32,000 nt of DNA, taken from positions 510,001 through 542,000 of the forward strand of contig NZ_LN831039.1 in NCBI RefSeq assembly GCF_001457595.1, given 5' to 3'. The position numbers and the translations under genes are program-made. Below, piece by piece: positions 1-8,621 of this stretch. Positions within the stretch are counted from its first letter, which is position 1; each line of letters starts with the position of its first letter. This DNA is from Mycolicibacterium smegmatis. GTDB taxonomy: Bacteria > Actinomycetota > Actinomycetes > Mycobacteriales > Mycobacteriaceae. Below the pieces are notes generated by a model that saw only the letters and a list, made by a program, of their open reading frames with translations, was not told the origin of the DNA and made no database searches.

Positions 1-703
1 CCGGCGGGACCTCTTCGCCGGGCCAGCCCTCGTCGACGACGACCAGGTGCACGCCGGGCGACATCCGCGCCGCGGCGTGTGCGCGCAGCAGCACCTCGCC
101 GATGTCCAGGGTCGAGTCCGGCGCGATCGCAGGGTCGAACAGGATGCGCACCTCGGTGCCGTGCAGGTCGGGCTTGCGGTTGCTGACGCCGCGCAGTTTC
201 TGGGTGTCGTTGCGGGTGAACGGGGCCTCCGGGTCGAACTCCTTGCCCTCGAACACGCCCGGATAACCGCGGCCGAAGCTCTGCAGAAAGGTCTTGCCGT
301 CACGGCGCACCGTGACGTCGGTGCGCGCGGAGATGAACACCGCGGCCGCCGCGCCGATGCCGTTGAGGCCGGCGCCGGTGCTGGTGGCGTCCTTGTGCGC
401 GGAGAACTTGCCGCCGGCGCGGGCTGTGCCCAGCGTCTTGACGATGCCGTTCTTCCCGGTGGTCGGGTCGGTGTCGACGGGCAGGCCGCGGCCGTCGTCG
501 GCGACGCTGACCGAACCGTCGGCGTGCAGGGTGATCGTGACGGTCGACCCGCCGTGGCCGGGATCGGCGACCTCCTCGATCGCGTTGTCGACGATCTCGC
601 GCAGGGCGGTGTTGAGCACGTCGAGGCCCAGGTTCACCGCCGGCCGCAGCCGCGTGTGCTGGACATCGTCGAGCTCGGTGATGTCTGCGGCGGTGTAACT
701 CAC
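1..703 (-). CDS. GyrB/ParE-like type IIA topoisomerase ATPase subunit (GHKL fold). Only the N-terminal part is present; the gene runs off the left edge.
   Basis: Absent from the ORF track because it has no stop inside the window. The reverse-strand frame starts at GTG (complement of 701-703). It reads VSYTAADITELDDVQHTRLRPAVNLGL..REIVDNAIEEV..VADDGRGLPVD..ARAGGKF..GLNGIGAAA. These are the GHKL N-box, G1 (DxGxG) and G2 boxes in GyrB order. Confidence 0.7.
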   Translation of the reverse strand, partial: MSYTAADITELDDVQHTRLRPAVNLGLDVLNTALREIVDNAIEEVADPGHGGSTVTITLHADGSVSVADDGRGLPVDTDPTTGKNGIVKTLGTARAGGKFSAHKDATSTGAGLNGIGAAAAVFISARTDVTVRRDGKTFLQSFGRGYPGVFEGKEFDPEAPFTRNDTQKLRGVSNRKPDLHGTEVRILFDPAIAPDSTLDIGEVLLRAHAAARMSPGVHLVVVDEGWPGEEVPP

Positions 704-905
704 TGCTCGTTCTCTCCAAAAAGTGGGGTGGTGTGCCGGTGGAATGGTAGACGCCGGATCAGACATCACCGCGCATCTGCGCTGCAACCTGCGATGTGAT
801 CTGCCGCGATACGTACGGAAGTGGTCCAGACCACAGCCACCTGTCAGGGTAGGGACAGCCCTACCTTGAATACGCGGGCACACGGGATGGGGGTGGATCC
901 GGCAG

Positions 906-2210
906 ATGCCTAGCGTGACGAGCGTGACCACAACGCAGCGTTCCGGCCGACTTCGTCAGCTGGGTGTCGACAGCGCCTACGTGCTGCTCGGTTTTCCGCT
1001 CGCCACGGTGAGCTTCACCGTCATCGTGGCGATGCTGGCTGCCGGGATCGCCACGGCAGTCCTGGTGATCGGGCTGCCGATCCTCGTCGGAACGCTTCTC
1101 GTCGCCCGGGTGCTCGCCGATATCGAACGGTTGCGTCTGCCTGCTGTTCTCCGCCGCCCGCGCATCCGGCCGGCCTACCGCAAGGCCGCACCCGGGGCCG
1201 GCGTGTGGAACCGGCTCGGCGCCGTGATGGCCGACGCCCAGTCCTGGCTCGACGTCGTGCACGCCGTGGTGCGGTTCCCGGTCTCGTTGGTCACCTTCAG
1301 CGTCGTGGTCAGCTGGTGGGCTGCCGCGCTCGGCGGCACGTCGACCGCCGCGTGGGACTGGGCCGTCCCCCGCGGCCCGGACAATCAGTCACTGGCCCAG
1401 CTGATCGGCCTCGGCGACAGCACAGTTGCGCGGATCGGGTTTCAGACCGCCGCCGGCCTGCTCTGCCTGGTCAGCCTGCCCTGGGTGGTCCGTGGCTGCG
1501 CCTTGCTCGACGCCGGCCTGGCCCGCACGCTGCTGTGCGGTGTCTCGGAGATGCGTCAGACCATCACCGTGCTCGCGGAGCAGAAGTCGGCGGCCACATC
1601 GGCCGAGGCGCATGCACTGCGCCGGCTGGAACGCGACATCCACGACGGCCCGCAGCAACGTCTCATCCGCCTCGCGATGGATCTGGGACGCGCCCGTCAG
1701 CACACGCAACCGGGTGCCCTGCAGGACATCATCGACGAGGCGGTGGTGCAGACCCAGGAGACCCTCGACGAACTGCGCGCCCTGTCACGCGGGATCGCCC
1801 CGCCGGTGCTCACCGACCGTGGGCTACCCAGTGCGCTTGCCGCCCTTGCCATTCGGTGCACGGTCCCGGTCGAACTCAACGTCGACCCCGGCCTGGGCAC
1901 TTCCGCGGGCAGGCCGGACCCGGCTGTCGAGACCACCGTCTATTTCGCGGTCGCCGAGGCGCTGACCAATGTTGCCAAACACAGCGAGGCGACAACCTGC
2001 CGGGTCACCGTCGCCGCCGTGCCGCCGACTGCGCAGGGCAGCGCTCGGATCAGCGCCGAGATCATCGACGACGGACGTGGCGGTGCCCATATCGCCAAAG
2101 GACACGGCCTTGCCGGCCTGGCCGACCGTATCCGCGCCGGCGGGGGCACCCTCGATGTGTCGAGTCCCGCCGGTGGGCCGTCGACGATCGCTGTGGCGCT
2201 GCCGGTATAG
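906..2210 (+). CDS. Sensor histidine kinase, HisKA_3 type (NarL-partner class), with a multi-TM N-terminal sensor region
   Basis: 434-aa ORF with hydrophobic N-terminal segments. The H-box ERDIHDGPQQRL is typical of HisKA_3. The HATPase_c-like C-terminus reads AEALTNVAKHS ... DDGRGG ... GHGLAGLADR. A cognate response regulator starts 10 nt downstream. Confidence 0.85.
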   Translation: MPSVTSVTTTQRSGRLRQLGVDSAYVLLGFPLATVSFTVIVAMLAAGIATAVLVIGLPILVGTLLVARVLADIERLRLPAVLRRPRIRPAYRKAAPGAGVWNRLGAVMADAQSWLDVVHAVVRFPVSLVTFSVVVSWWAAALGGTSTAAWDWAVPRGPDNQSLAQLIGLGDSTVARIGFQTAAGLLCLVSLPWVVRGCALLDAGLARTLLCGVSEMRQTITVLAEQKSAATSAEAHALRRLERDIHDGPQQRLIRLAMDLGRARQHTQPGALQDIIDEAVVQTQETLDELRALSRGIAPPVLTDRGLPSALAALAIRCTVPVELNVDPGLGTSAGRPDPAVETTVYFAVAEALTNVAKHSEATTCRVTVAAVPPTAQGSARISAEIIDDGRGGAHIAKGHGLAGLADRIRAGGGTLDVSSPAGGPSTIAVALPV

Positions 2211-2219
2211 GGGGATGAT

Positions 2220-2864
2220 GTGAAAGTCGTCGTGGCCGATGATTCGGTTCTCCTGCGGGAAGGCCTGATTCGCCTGCTCACCGAGGGCGGTCACGAGGTG
2301 GCCGCGGCGGTGGGGGATGGACCGGCACTGGTGCAGGCCGTCGACACCCACCGACCCGATGTCTCCGTCGTGGACGTCCGGATGCCGCCGTCGCACACCG
2401 ATGAGGGACTGCGCGCGGCGGTCGAAGCCCGCCGCCGGGTGCCGAGGTCGCCGATTCTCGTGCTCTCCCAGTATGTCGAGGTGTCCTATGCCGACGACCT
2501 GCTGGCCGACGGCGCCGGCGCCATCGGCTACCTGCTCAAGGATCGCGTCATGGCCCTCACCCAGTTTCTCGACGCCGTGCAACGGGTCGCGTCCGGTGGC
2601 ACCGTGCTGGACCCGGATGTGGTCGCCCAACTCTTGGTGCGTCGCAGGCGGGATGACCCGCTGCGTCAACTCTCCGACCGGGAGCTACAGGTGCTGGGGT
2701 TGATGGCGGAAGGTCGGTCCAACACCAACATCGCACGCACCCTGGTGGTCAGCGACGGCGCGGTGGAGAAGCACATCGGCAACATCTTCGCCAAGCTGGC
2801 ACTGCCTCCCGACAGCGAACAACACCGTCGGGTTCTTGCCGTGCTCGCGTATCTACGGGGCTGA
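2220..2864 (+). CDS. NarL/FixJ (LuxR) family response regulator, canonical receiver
   Basis: GTG start. The receiver has an acidic pair (VVADDS), the phospho-acceptor context DVSVVDVRMPP, LVLSQY, and GYLLKD. The C-terminal LuxR HTH reads LSDRELQVLGLMAEGRSNTNIA. Confidence 0.9.
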   Translation: MKVVVADDSVLLREGLIRLLTEGGHEVAAAVGDGPALVQAVDTHRPDVSVVDVRMPPSHTDEGLRAAVEARRRVPRSPILVLSQYVEVSYADDLLADGAGAIGYLLKDRVMALTQFLDAVQRVASGGTVLDPDVVAQLLVRRRRDDPLRQLSDRELQVLGLMAEGRSNTNIARTLVVSDGAVEKHIGNIFAKLALPPDSEQHRRVLAVLAYLRG

Positions 2865-2875
2865 TGAGCCGCCGC

Positions 2876-3820
2876 TCATGTGATCGACCAGAACTCCAGC
2901 AGCGTGCGGATGGTCGCGACGAGCGGCAGCGGTTGATCGAGCATCGGGTGGTGGCCGGCCAGCGCGAGCTCGACGAACGGTCCACGCAGTTGCAGCGTCG
3001 AGCGGATCTGCTCGGCCATGTCGGGTGGTACCAGACCGTTCTCGCAACGCAGATAGCCCACGCGGCAAGGGATCTGGGCAAAGGTGTTCTCCAGGATCTC
3101 CTGCTCGGCCGGCGTCTGGCCCTGCAGTGAGCCGCTGAAGATCGCCGGATCGAACTTCCACACCCAGCCGGTGTCGGTCTGCCGTACCGATTCCGAGGCG
3201 ATGTGGCGGTCGATGAAGGGCAGTGTCACGTCCTGCGCCGGAACCGCGCGGAACCGCGCGAGGATCTCCTCTCTGCTGGGATAGCCGGGGTGGTCGCTGC
3301 GCCGGTTGCGCAGGCGGCCTTCCTCCGGGGCACGCTCGCGAAGCGGTGAATCGATGATCAGGATGCTGTCGATGTCGGCGCCGTACTTCATCGCGGCCGT
3401 CGCGGTCACCCACCCGCCCATGCTGTGGCCCACGATCGTGGGCCGCGCGGCGGGGCCTTCGGCTGCGGCGACGGCGAGGACCTCGCGGGCCCACTTGGTG
3501 AGGCTGTAGTGGGAGCGGGTGCCGCTGTCGCCGTGCCCGCTGACGTCCGGTGCGATGACGCGATGGGTCCGGGTGAAGAACGGGGCGATGTGGTCCCACC
3601 ACCCGGAGTGCGCCGCGCCACCGTGGACGAACACCAGGGGAGGATTTTCCGGATCTCCCCAGGTGCGCAGGTGGATGCGGCACCCCTCGAAGTCGATGGT
3701 GGAGTGTTGCGGCCGGTGTTCCAACGCGGCGGTGAACCACTCCGGCGTCCCCTCCGGGGGATCGGACGGCGTCGGCCGTTGTCGCTGGAATAACGGGCTC
3801 ACCTCGTCAGCATGCCTCAT
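2876..3820 (-). CDS. alpha/beta-fold hydrolase
   Basis: 314-aa ORF with an HGG oxyanion-type motif (VFVHGGAAHSGWW). The nucleophile elbow is GHSMGG. Confidence 0.8.
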   Translation of the reverse strand: MRHADEVSPLFQRQRPTPSDPPEGTPEWFTAALEHRPQHSTIDFEGCRIHLRTWGDPENPPLVFVHGGAAHSGWWDHIAPFFTRTHRVIAPDVSGHGDSGTRSHYSLTKWAREVLAVAAAEGPAARPTIVGHSMGGWVTATAAMKYGADIDSILIIDSPLRERAPEEGRLRNRRSDHPGYPSREEILARFRAVPAQDVTLPFIDRHIASESVRQTDTGWVWKFDPAIFSGSLQGQTPAEQEILENTFAQIPCRVGYLRCENGLVPPDMAEQIRSTLQLRGPFVELALAGHHPMLDQPLPLVATIRTLLEFWSIT

Positions 3821-3873
3821 GGCCGTTCCGGGGAAAGAGCCGAATCGCTGTCAGGCGTTCCTAGAATCCGGGT

Positions 3874-4488
3874 GTGGCGTACACCCTGGAGCCGGCGGCC
3901 CGGCCGTACGCCGAGGCGGTCATCAAGAACTCACGTTTCATCGCCCGGTTGTGCCGGGCGGACAGTGAAGCTGCCGCACGTGAATTCATCGGCACCGCGC
4001 GGGACGTCGAACGCGGCGCGGGTCATCACTGCTTCGCCTATGTCATCGGTGACGACGAGTCACCCGTCGAACGCTCCAGCGACGACGGTGAGCCGGGGGG
4101 CACCGCGGGCGTCCCGATCCTCAACGTCCTCAAGGCCCGTGAGCTCGTCAACGTCGTGGCGGTCGTGTCGCGGCACTACGGCGGGGTCAAGCTCGGCGCG
4201 GGTGGTCTGGTGCGGGCCTACGGCGGCACCGTCGCCGCCGCGGTCGACGAGGCCGACCTGCGGCCGCGCCTGCGGTGGGAGATGCTCCGCCTGGCCGCCG
4301 ATCACGCCGACGCCGGCTGGATCGAGGCCGAGCTGCGGCGACGGGGCTTCGAGGTGACCGGCGTGGCGTACGGCGATCGTGCCGTACTCACGTTGGCGAC
4401 ACGCGACACCGAGTCGTTGATCGCCGCCATCGATCAGATCACCTCCGGTCGTGGTGAACACACCTTCGCCGGGCACGTCTGGCGTTAG
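3874..4488 (+). CDS. yigZ: YigZ / IMPACT family protein (UPF0029)
   Basis: KNSRFIA ... HHCFAYVIG ... SSDDGEPGGTAGVPIL ... VVSRHYGGVKLGAGGLVRAYGG aligns motif for motif with my recollection of E. coli YigZ. Confidence 0.8.
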   Translation: MAYTLEPAARPYAEAVIKNSRFIARLCRADSEAAAREFIGTARDVERGAGHHCFAYVIGDDESPVERSSDDGEPGGTAGVPILNVLKARELVNVVAVVSRHYGGVKLGAGGLVRAYGGTVAAAVDEADLRPRLRWEMLRLAADHADAGWIEAELRRRGFEVTGVAYGDRAVLTLATRDTESLIAAIDQITSGRGEHTFAGHVWR

Positions 4489-4648
4489 CGGCACGCCACT
4501 GCTGCGCGCCGGGCCCGGTTGCGACCCGCAATTCCGCTCTGCCCGGACCGGCGGCCTGCGGTACAGTACGCACCGGCATGAGACGGAACTCAAGTTCCGC
4601 CTGGGGGCGGCGGCGTGGAAAGGGGTGGGATACGCGGTGTACCGGGTG

Positions 4649-5068
4649 ATGAAGCGGTTCTGGATTCCGCTGCTACTCGTCGTGGTGGTCGCGGTGGGCG
4701 CCTACGCGATCGTGCGGATCCGGGAGGCCGCGGGCGCACACGCGCCGACGGTGGCCGAGGGGACCGCCCTGACCGAGAACTTCAACCCCAAGCACATCAC
4801 CTACGAGGTCACCGGGGCCGGAGGCTCGGCGAACCTCAACTATCTGGACGAGAACGGGCAGCCGCACCTCGTCGAGAACGCGCCGCTGCCATGGTCGTTC
4901 ACCATCGTCACGACGCTTCCGTCGATGTCGGCGAACATCATGGCCCAGGGCGACCGCAATGTCAGTGGGCTCCGTTGCCGGGTGACCGTGGACGGAGAGA
5001 TCCGCGACGACCGCGCCAGCGACGACCTCGTCGAACCGTTCATCTACTGCTTGGTGAAATCCGTATGA
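4649..5068 (+). CDS. mmpS: MmpS family membrane protein
   Basis: The track ORF 4451..5068 is trimmed to the ATG at 4649 (MKRFWIPLLLVVVVAVG, a single TM segment). An in-frame GTG at 4637 is also possible. MmpS hallmarks are present: ITYEVTG, LPWSF, AQG, C..V.VDG, and a C-terminal Cys. Its stop overlaps the mmpL start (ATGA at 5065-5068). Confidence 0.85.
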   Translation: MKRFWIPLLLVVVVAVGAYAIVRIREAAGAHAPTVAEGTALTENFNPKHITYEVTGAGGSANLNYLDENGQPHLVENAPLPWSFTIVTTLPSMSANIMAQGDRNVSGLRCRVTVDGEIRDDRASDDLVEPFIYCLVKSV

Positions 5069-7950
5069 CCAACACGCACTCGAAGTCGCAGCGGCCGTTC
5101 GTCGGTCACGTGATCCGGATCTTCTCGCTGCCCATCGTCCTGTTGTGGGTTCTGCTCGTGGTCGCCCTGGGCGCGATTTTCCCGTCGCTCGACGACGTCG
5201 CGGCCACACGTTCGGTACCGCTGAGTCCCACCGACTCGCAGGCGTATCAGTCGATGCTGAACATCGGCAAGGTCTTCCGGCAGTACGACTCGGACTCCAC
5301 GGCGATGGTCGTTCTGGAGGGCGAGGACAAACTCGGCGATGCGGCGCACAAGTACTACGACGAGATCGTCGCCAAGCTGCGGGCCGATCATGAGCACGTC
5401 CAGAACGTGCAGGACTTCTGGAGCGATCCGCTGACCGCCGCGGGATCTCAGAGCGTGGACGGCAGGTCGGCGTACGTCCAGATCTTCCTCAACGGTCCGC
5501 AGGGCACCACGGCCAGCTACGAGTCGGTTGCGGCCGTCCGCGACATCGTCGAGTCGGTACCACCTCCGCCCGGGATCAAGGCTCACGTCGCCGGCACCAC
5601 CGTGCTCAACGCCGACACCTCCGTGGCCGGGCACCAGAGCATGGCGCGGATGGAGCTCATCTCGGTGGCGGTCATCATCCTGATGCTGCTCGCCATCTAC
5701 CGGTCGATAGTGACGATGCTCATCTCGATGGTGATCATCGGACTGGAATTGTTTGCCGCACAGAGTGTCACAGCCACCGCGGGACATTTCAACCTCATCG
5801 GGCTCACCCCGTACGCGGTCAGCATGACCACCATGCTGGCGTTGGCGGCGGGGACGGACTACGTGATCTTTCTGCTCGGCCGGTACCACGAGGAGCGATC
5901 GAGAGGACTCGACCGCGAAGAGGCGTACTACGTCGCCTATCGCGGTGTCTCCCATGTGATCCTGGGCTCCGGACTGACCATCGCCGGTGCGTGTCTGTGC
6001 CTCACGATGACGACCCTGCCCTACTTCCAGTCGATGGCACTTCCGTGTGCGATCTCGATCCTGGTGATCGTCATCGCGGCCCTCACCCTGGCGCCCGCGG
6101 TGCTGACCGTCGCATCGAGGTTCGGTCTGCTCGACCCGAAGCGTGAGCTCTCGACCAAGAGCTGGCGCAAGGTCGGCACCGCCGTCGTCCGCTGGCCGAT
6201 CCCGATCATCCTGGTGACCGGCCTCGTGGCGGCCATCGGTTTCGCGAGCCTGCTGACCTATGTGCCGCAGTACAACGACCAGAAGTTCACGCCTGCCGAC
6301 ATGCCGGCCAACGTCGCCATGGCGGTCGCCGACCGGCACTTCTCCGAGGCGCGCATGAACCCCGAATTGCTGATGCTCGAAGCCGATCACGACATCCGCA
6401 ACCCCGCCGACATGCTCGTGATCGATCGTGTCGCGAAATACGTCGTCCACATGCGCGGTATCGAGCGGGTGCAGACCATCACCCGCCCACTGGGCTCACC
6501 GATCGAGCACAGCTCCATCCCGTTCCTGCTGGGAGCGCAGAACGCCGGCACCATGCAGGCCGCGAAGTTCAACAACGACAACACCGCTCAGATGCTCGAG
6601 CAGGCCGACGAGTTGAGCCGGACGATCGCCAGCATGGAGCGCATGTACGGCCTGACACAGGAGCTGACAGACACCACGCACAGCATGGTCGGGCGGACCC
6701 ACGACATGGTGGAGGCCACCAAGGAGATGCGTGACAGCCTCGCCGATTTCGACGACTTCTTCCGCCCGATGCGTAACTACCTCTACTGGGAACCGCACTG
6801 CTACGACATCCCGGTCTGCCAGTCGTTGCGGTCGGTCTTCGACACCTTGGACGGCATCGGCCAGCTCACCGATGAAATGCAAGGTCTCACAATTGATATG
6901 GACCGCATGGATGAGCTGATGCCGCAGATGCTGCCGATCCTGCGGTCGACCATCGATTCGATGAAGACGATGCGCGACTTCATGATCGCGACCCACAGCG
7001 TCATGGCCGGAACCCAGGCACAGCAGCAGGAGCTGGCCAAGAACGCCACCGAGATCGGTCTGTACTTCGATCAGGCCAAGAACGACGACTTCTTCTATCT
7101 GCCCCCGGACGTGTTCGACAACCCGGATTTCAAACGCGGGCTCGAGATGTTCGTGTCGCCGGACGGCAAGGCGGTCCGGATGATCATCACCCACCAGGGC
7201 GATCCGGCCTCGGTCGACGGTATCGCGCATGTGCGCGATCTCAGGGACGTGGTCGCCGACGCGGTCAAGGGCACGCCGCTGGCCAACGCGAAAGTGTCGT
7301 TGGCGGGTACGGCTTCGTTGTACAGCGACATGCAGGACGGCGTCGTCACCGATCTGATGATCGCGATCATCGCGTCGATGATCCTGATCTTCGGGATCAT
7401 GCTCGTCATCACGCGAAGTGTGGTCGCGGCGCTGGTGATCGTGGGCACCGTGGCCGCCTCGCTGGGCACTGCATGCGGCCTTTCGGTCCTGCTGTGGCAG
7501 GACATCCTCGGCCTGGGTGTGCAGTGGGTCGTGCTGCCGTTGTCGATCGTGATCCTGCTGGCGGTGGGCTCCGACTACAACCTGTTGCTGGTCTCCCGGT
7601 TGAAGGAGGAGATCCACGCCGGGCTCAACACCGGCATCATCCGCGGCATGGGAGCCACCGGTCGGGTGGTCACCGCGGCGGGTCTGGTGTTCGCGTTCAC
7701 GATGATGGCGATGATCGTCAGTGACCTGCGCGTGGTCGGCCAGCTCGGCACCACCATCGGTCTGGGGCTGATCGTCGACACCCTGATCGTCCGGGCATTC
7801 ATGACGCCGTCGATCGCCGCGGCCCTGGGCCGGTGGTTCTGGTGGCCGCTGAACACCTTCGAGATCACCCGGCGGGGCAGGCAGGCGCCGCACGCGCGGT
7901 CGGTCGACGGCAACACCCAGCCCTTCCCGGGGGTGACGACGGCGCCGTGA
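5065..7950 (+). CDS. mmpL: MmpL family RND-type transporter (961 aa)
   Basis: The track ORF 4615..7950 is trimmed to the ATG at 5065 (MTNTHSKSQRPF...). It has two 6-TM bundles and GTDY / GSDYNLLL motifs. A long helical insertion with two Cys (HCYDIPVC) sits in the second extracytoplasmic loop. It is translationally coupled to mmpS. Confidence 0.9.
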   Translation: MTNTHSKSQRPFVGHVIRIFSLPIVLLWVLLVVALGAIFPSLDDVAATRSVPLSPTDSQAYQSMLNIGKVFRQYDSDSTAMVVLEGEDKLGDAAHKYYDEIVAKLRADHEHVQNVQDFWSDPLTAAGSQSVDGRSAYVQIFLNGPQGTTASYESVAAVRDIVESVPPPPGIKAHVAGTTVLNADTSVAGHQSMARMELISVAVIILMLLAIYRSIVTMLISMVIIGLELFAAQSVTATAGHFNLIGLTPYAVSMTTMLALAAGTDYVIFLLGRYHEERSRGLDREEAYYVAYRGVSHVILGSGLTIAGACLCLTMTTLPYFQSMALPCAISILVIVIAALTLAPAVLTVASRFGLLDPKRELSTKSWRKVGTAVVRWPIPIILVTGLVAAIGFASLLTYVPQYNDQKFTPADMPANVAMAVADRHFSEARMNPELLMLEADHDIRNPADMLVIDRVAKYVVHMRGIERVQTITRPLGSPIEHSSIPFLLGAQNAGTMQAAKFNNDNTAQMLEQADELSRTIASMERMYGLTQELTDTTHSMVGRTHDMVEATKEMRDSLADFDDFFRPMRNYLYWEPHCYDIPVCQSLRSVFDTLDGIGQLTDEMQGLTIDMDRMDELMPQMLPILRSTIDSMKTMRDFMIATHSVMAGTQAQQQELAKNATEIGLYFDQAKNDDFFYLPPDVFDNPDFKRGLEMFVSPDGKAVRMIITHQGDPASVDGIAHVRDLRDVVADAVKGTPLANAKVSLAGTASLYSDMQDGVVTDLMIAIIASMILIFGIMLVITRSVVAALVIVGTVAASLGTACGLSVLLWQDILGLGVQWVVLPLSIVILLAVGSDYNLLLVSRLKEEIHAGLNTGIIRGMGATGRVVTAAGLVFAFTMMAMIVSDLRVVGQLGTTIGLGLIVDTLIVRAFMTPSIAAALGRWFWWPLNTFEITRRGRQAPHARSVDGNTQPFPGVTTAP

Positions 7951-8006
7951 GGCCACGGCTGGATCTGGCAAGCTGGTGACTGAACTGTCGATCGCCAGAG
8001 AGATAC

Positions 8007-8621
8007 ATGAAGGCCACCGATTCGAAGCTGAGGCAGCGCACCGACGGGCGCCTGGACCGCACACGGGATCCGGCGATCCTCGACGCCGCGTTGGCCGCAC
8101 TGGCGGAGAACGGTTACGCGGGCACCAACATGGACGACATCGCCTCGCGTGCAGGTGTCGGGAAGGCTGCCATCTACCGGCGGTGGTCGTCGAAGGCTGC
8201 GCTGATCACCGATGCGCTCGTGTACTGGAAGCCCGCGCTTCTCATCGACGACATCCCCGACACCGGCAGCCTCGAGGGTGATCTGAACGAAATCGCCGAG
8301 CGCGCGGCACGCAACGCCGACGAGCGGATCACCTACGACCTGATCCTGCGTGTCGCCGTCGAGGCCATGAATGATTCGCAACTCGCCTCGGCGCTCGACG
8401 ATCTCACCCTGTTGAGGGGCCGTCGGACGATGACGGCGATCCTGAAGAACGCGACCGCGCGCGGCGAGATCGCCCCCGACACGGACTGGTCACTGGTCCC
8501 GGACGTGCTGACCGCGATGCTGCTGATGCGTGCGATCCGCGGTGAACGGGTGGACGCGAACTACGTCCGGAAGGTCATCGACACCGTCATCGTTCCCGCG
8601 GTGCGCGCAACCGCCTATTGA
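8007..8621 (+). CDS. TetR/AcrR family transcriptional regulator
   Basis: The N-terminal HTH signature is AALAALAENGYAGTNMDDIASRAGVGKAAIYRRWSSKAAL. The gene lies 56 nt downstream of mmpL on the same strand. Confidence 0.9.
   Translation: MKATDSKLRQRTDGRLDRTRDPAILDAALAALAENGYAGTNMDDIASRAGVGKAAIYRRWSSKAALITDALVYWKPALLIDDIPDTGSLEGDLNEIAERAARNADERITYDLILRVAVEAMNDSQLASALDDLTLLRGRRTMTAILKNATARGEIAPDTDWSLVPDVLTAMLLMRAIRGERVDANYVRKVIDTVIVPAVRATAY

Noticed and set aside
848-865. Inverted repeat GGTAGGG-ACAG-CCCTACC in the divergent region between the GyrB-like gene and the sensor kinase gene
   Set aside because: It has 7-bp arms only and nothing ties it to a regulator. It is noted but cannot be supported as a feature.
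2864-2879. Small hairpin ATGAGC-CGCC-GCTCAT between the convergent response regulator and hydrolase genes, considered as a bidirectional terminator
   Set aside because: It has only a 6-bp stem and overlaps both stop regions. There is no U/A tract on either side. This is too weak to call.
3241-3260. Exact 10-bp tandem duplication GAACCGCGCG GAACCGCGCG
   Set aside because: It lies inside the alpha/beta hydrolase ORF without disturbing the frame (it encodes ..ARFRAVP..). It is short enough to be chance in GC-rich coding DNA.
4451-5064. N-terminal extensions of track ORFs: 4451 for mmpS, 4615 for mmpL, 16690 for the LuxR regulator, 19527 for the dehydrogenase, 20843 for the GT2, 21901 for the deacetylase, 26466 for the dehydratase, and 30971 for the formamidase
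   Set aside because: The extensions overlap the preceding gene or non-coding DNA in a different frame. Their composition looks non-protein-like. Downstream starts give family-typical N-termini and ATGA/GTGA coupling.
5044-8100. Very long minus-strand ORFs (5044..6450, 468 aa; 6496..8100, 534 aa) opposite mmpL
   Set aside because: Their translations are Arg/Gly/Asp/His-rich low-complexity strings with no recognisable motif. They lie antisense to a gene with unmistakable MmpL features. These are typical shadow ORFs of high-GC DNA.
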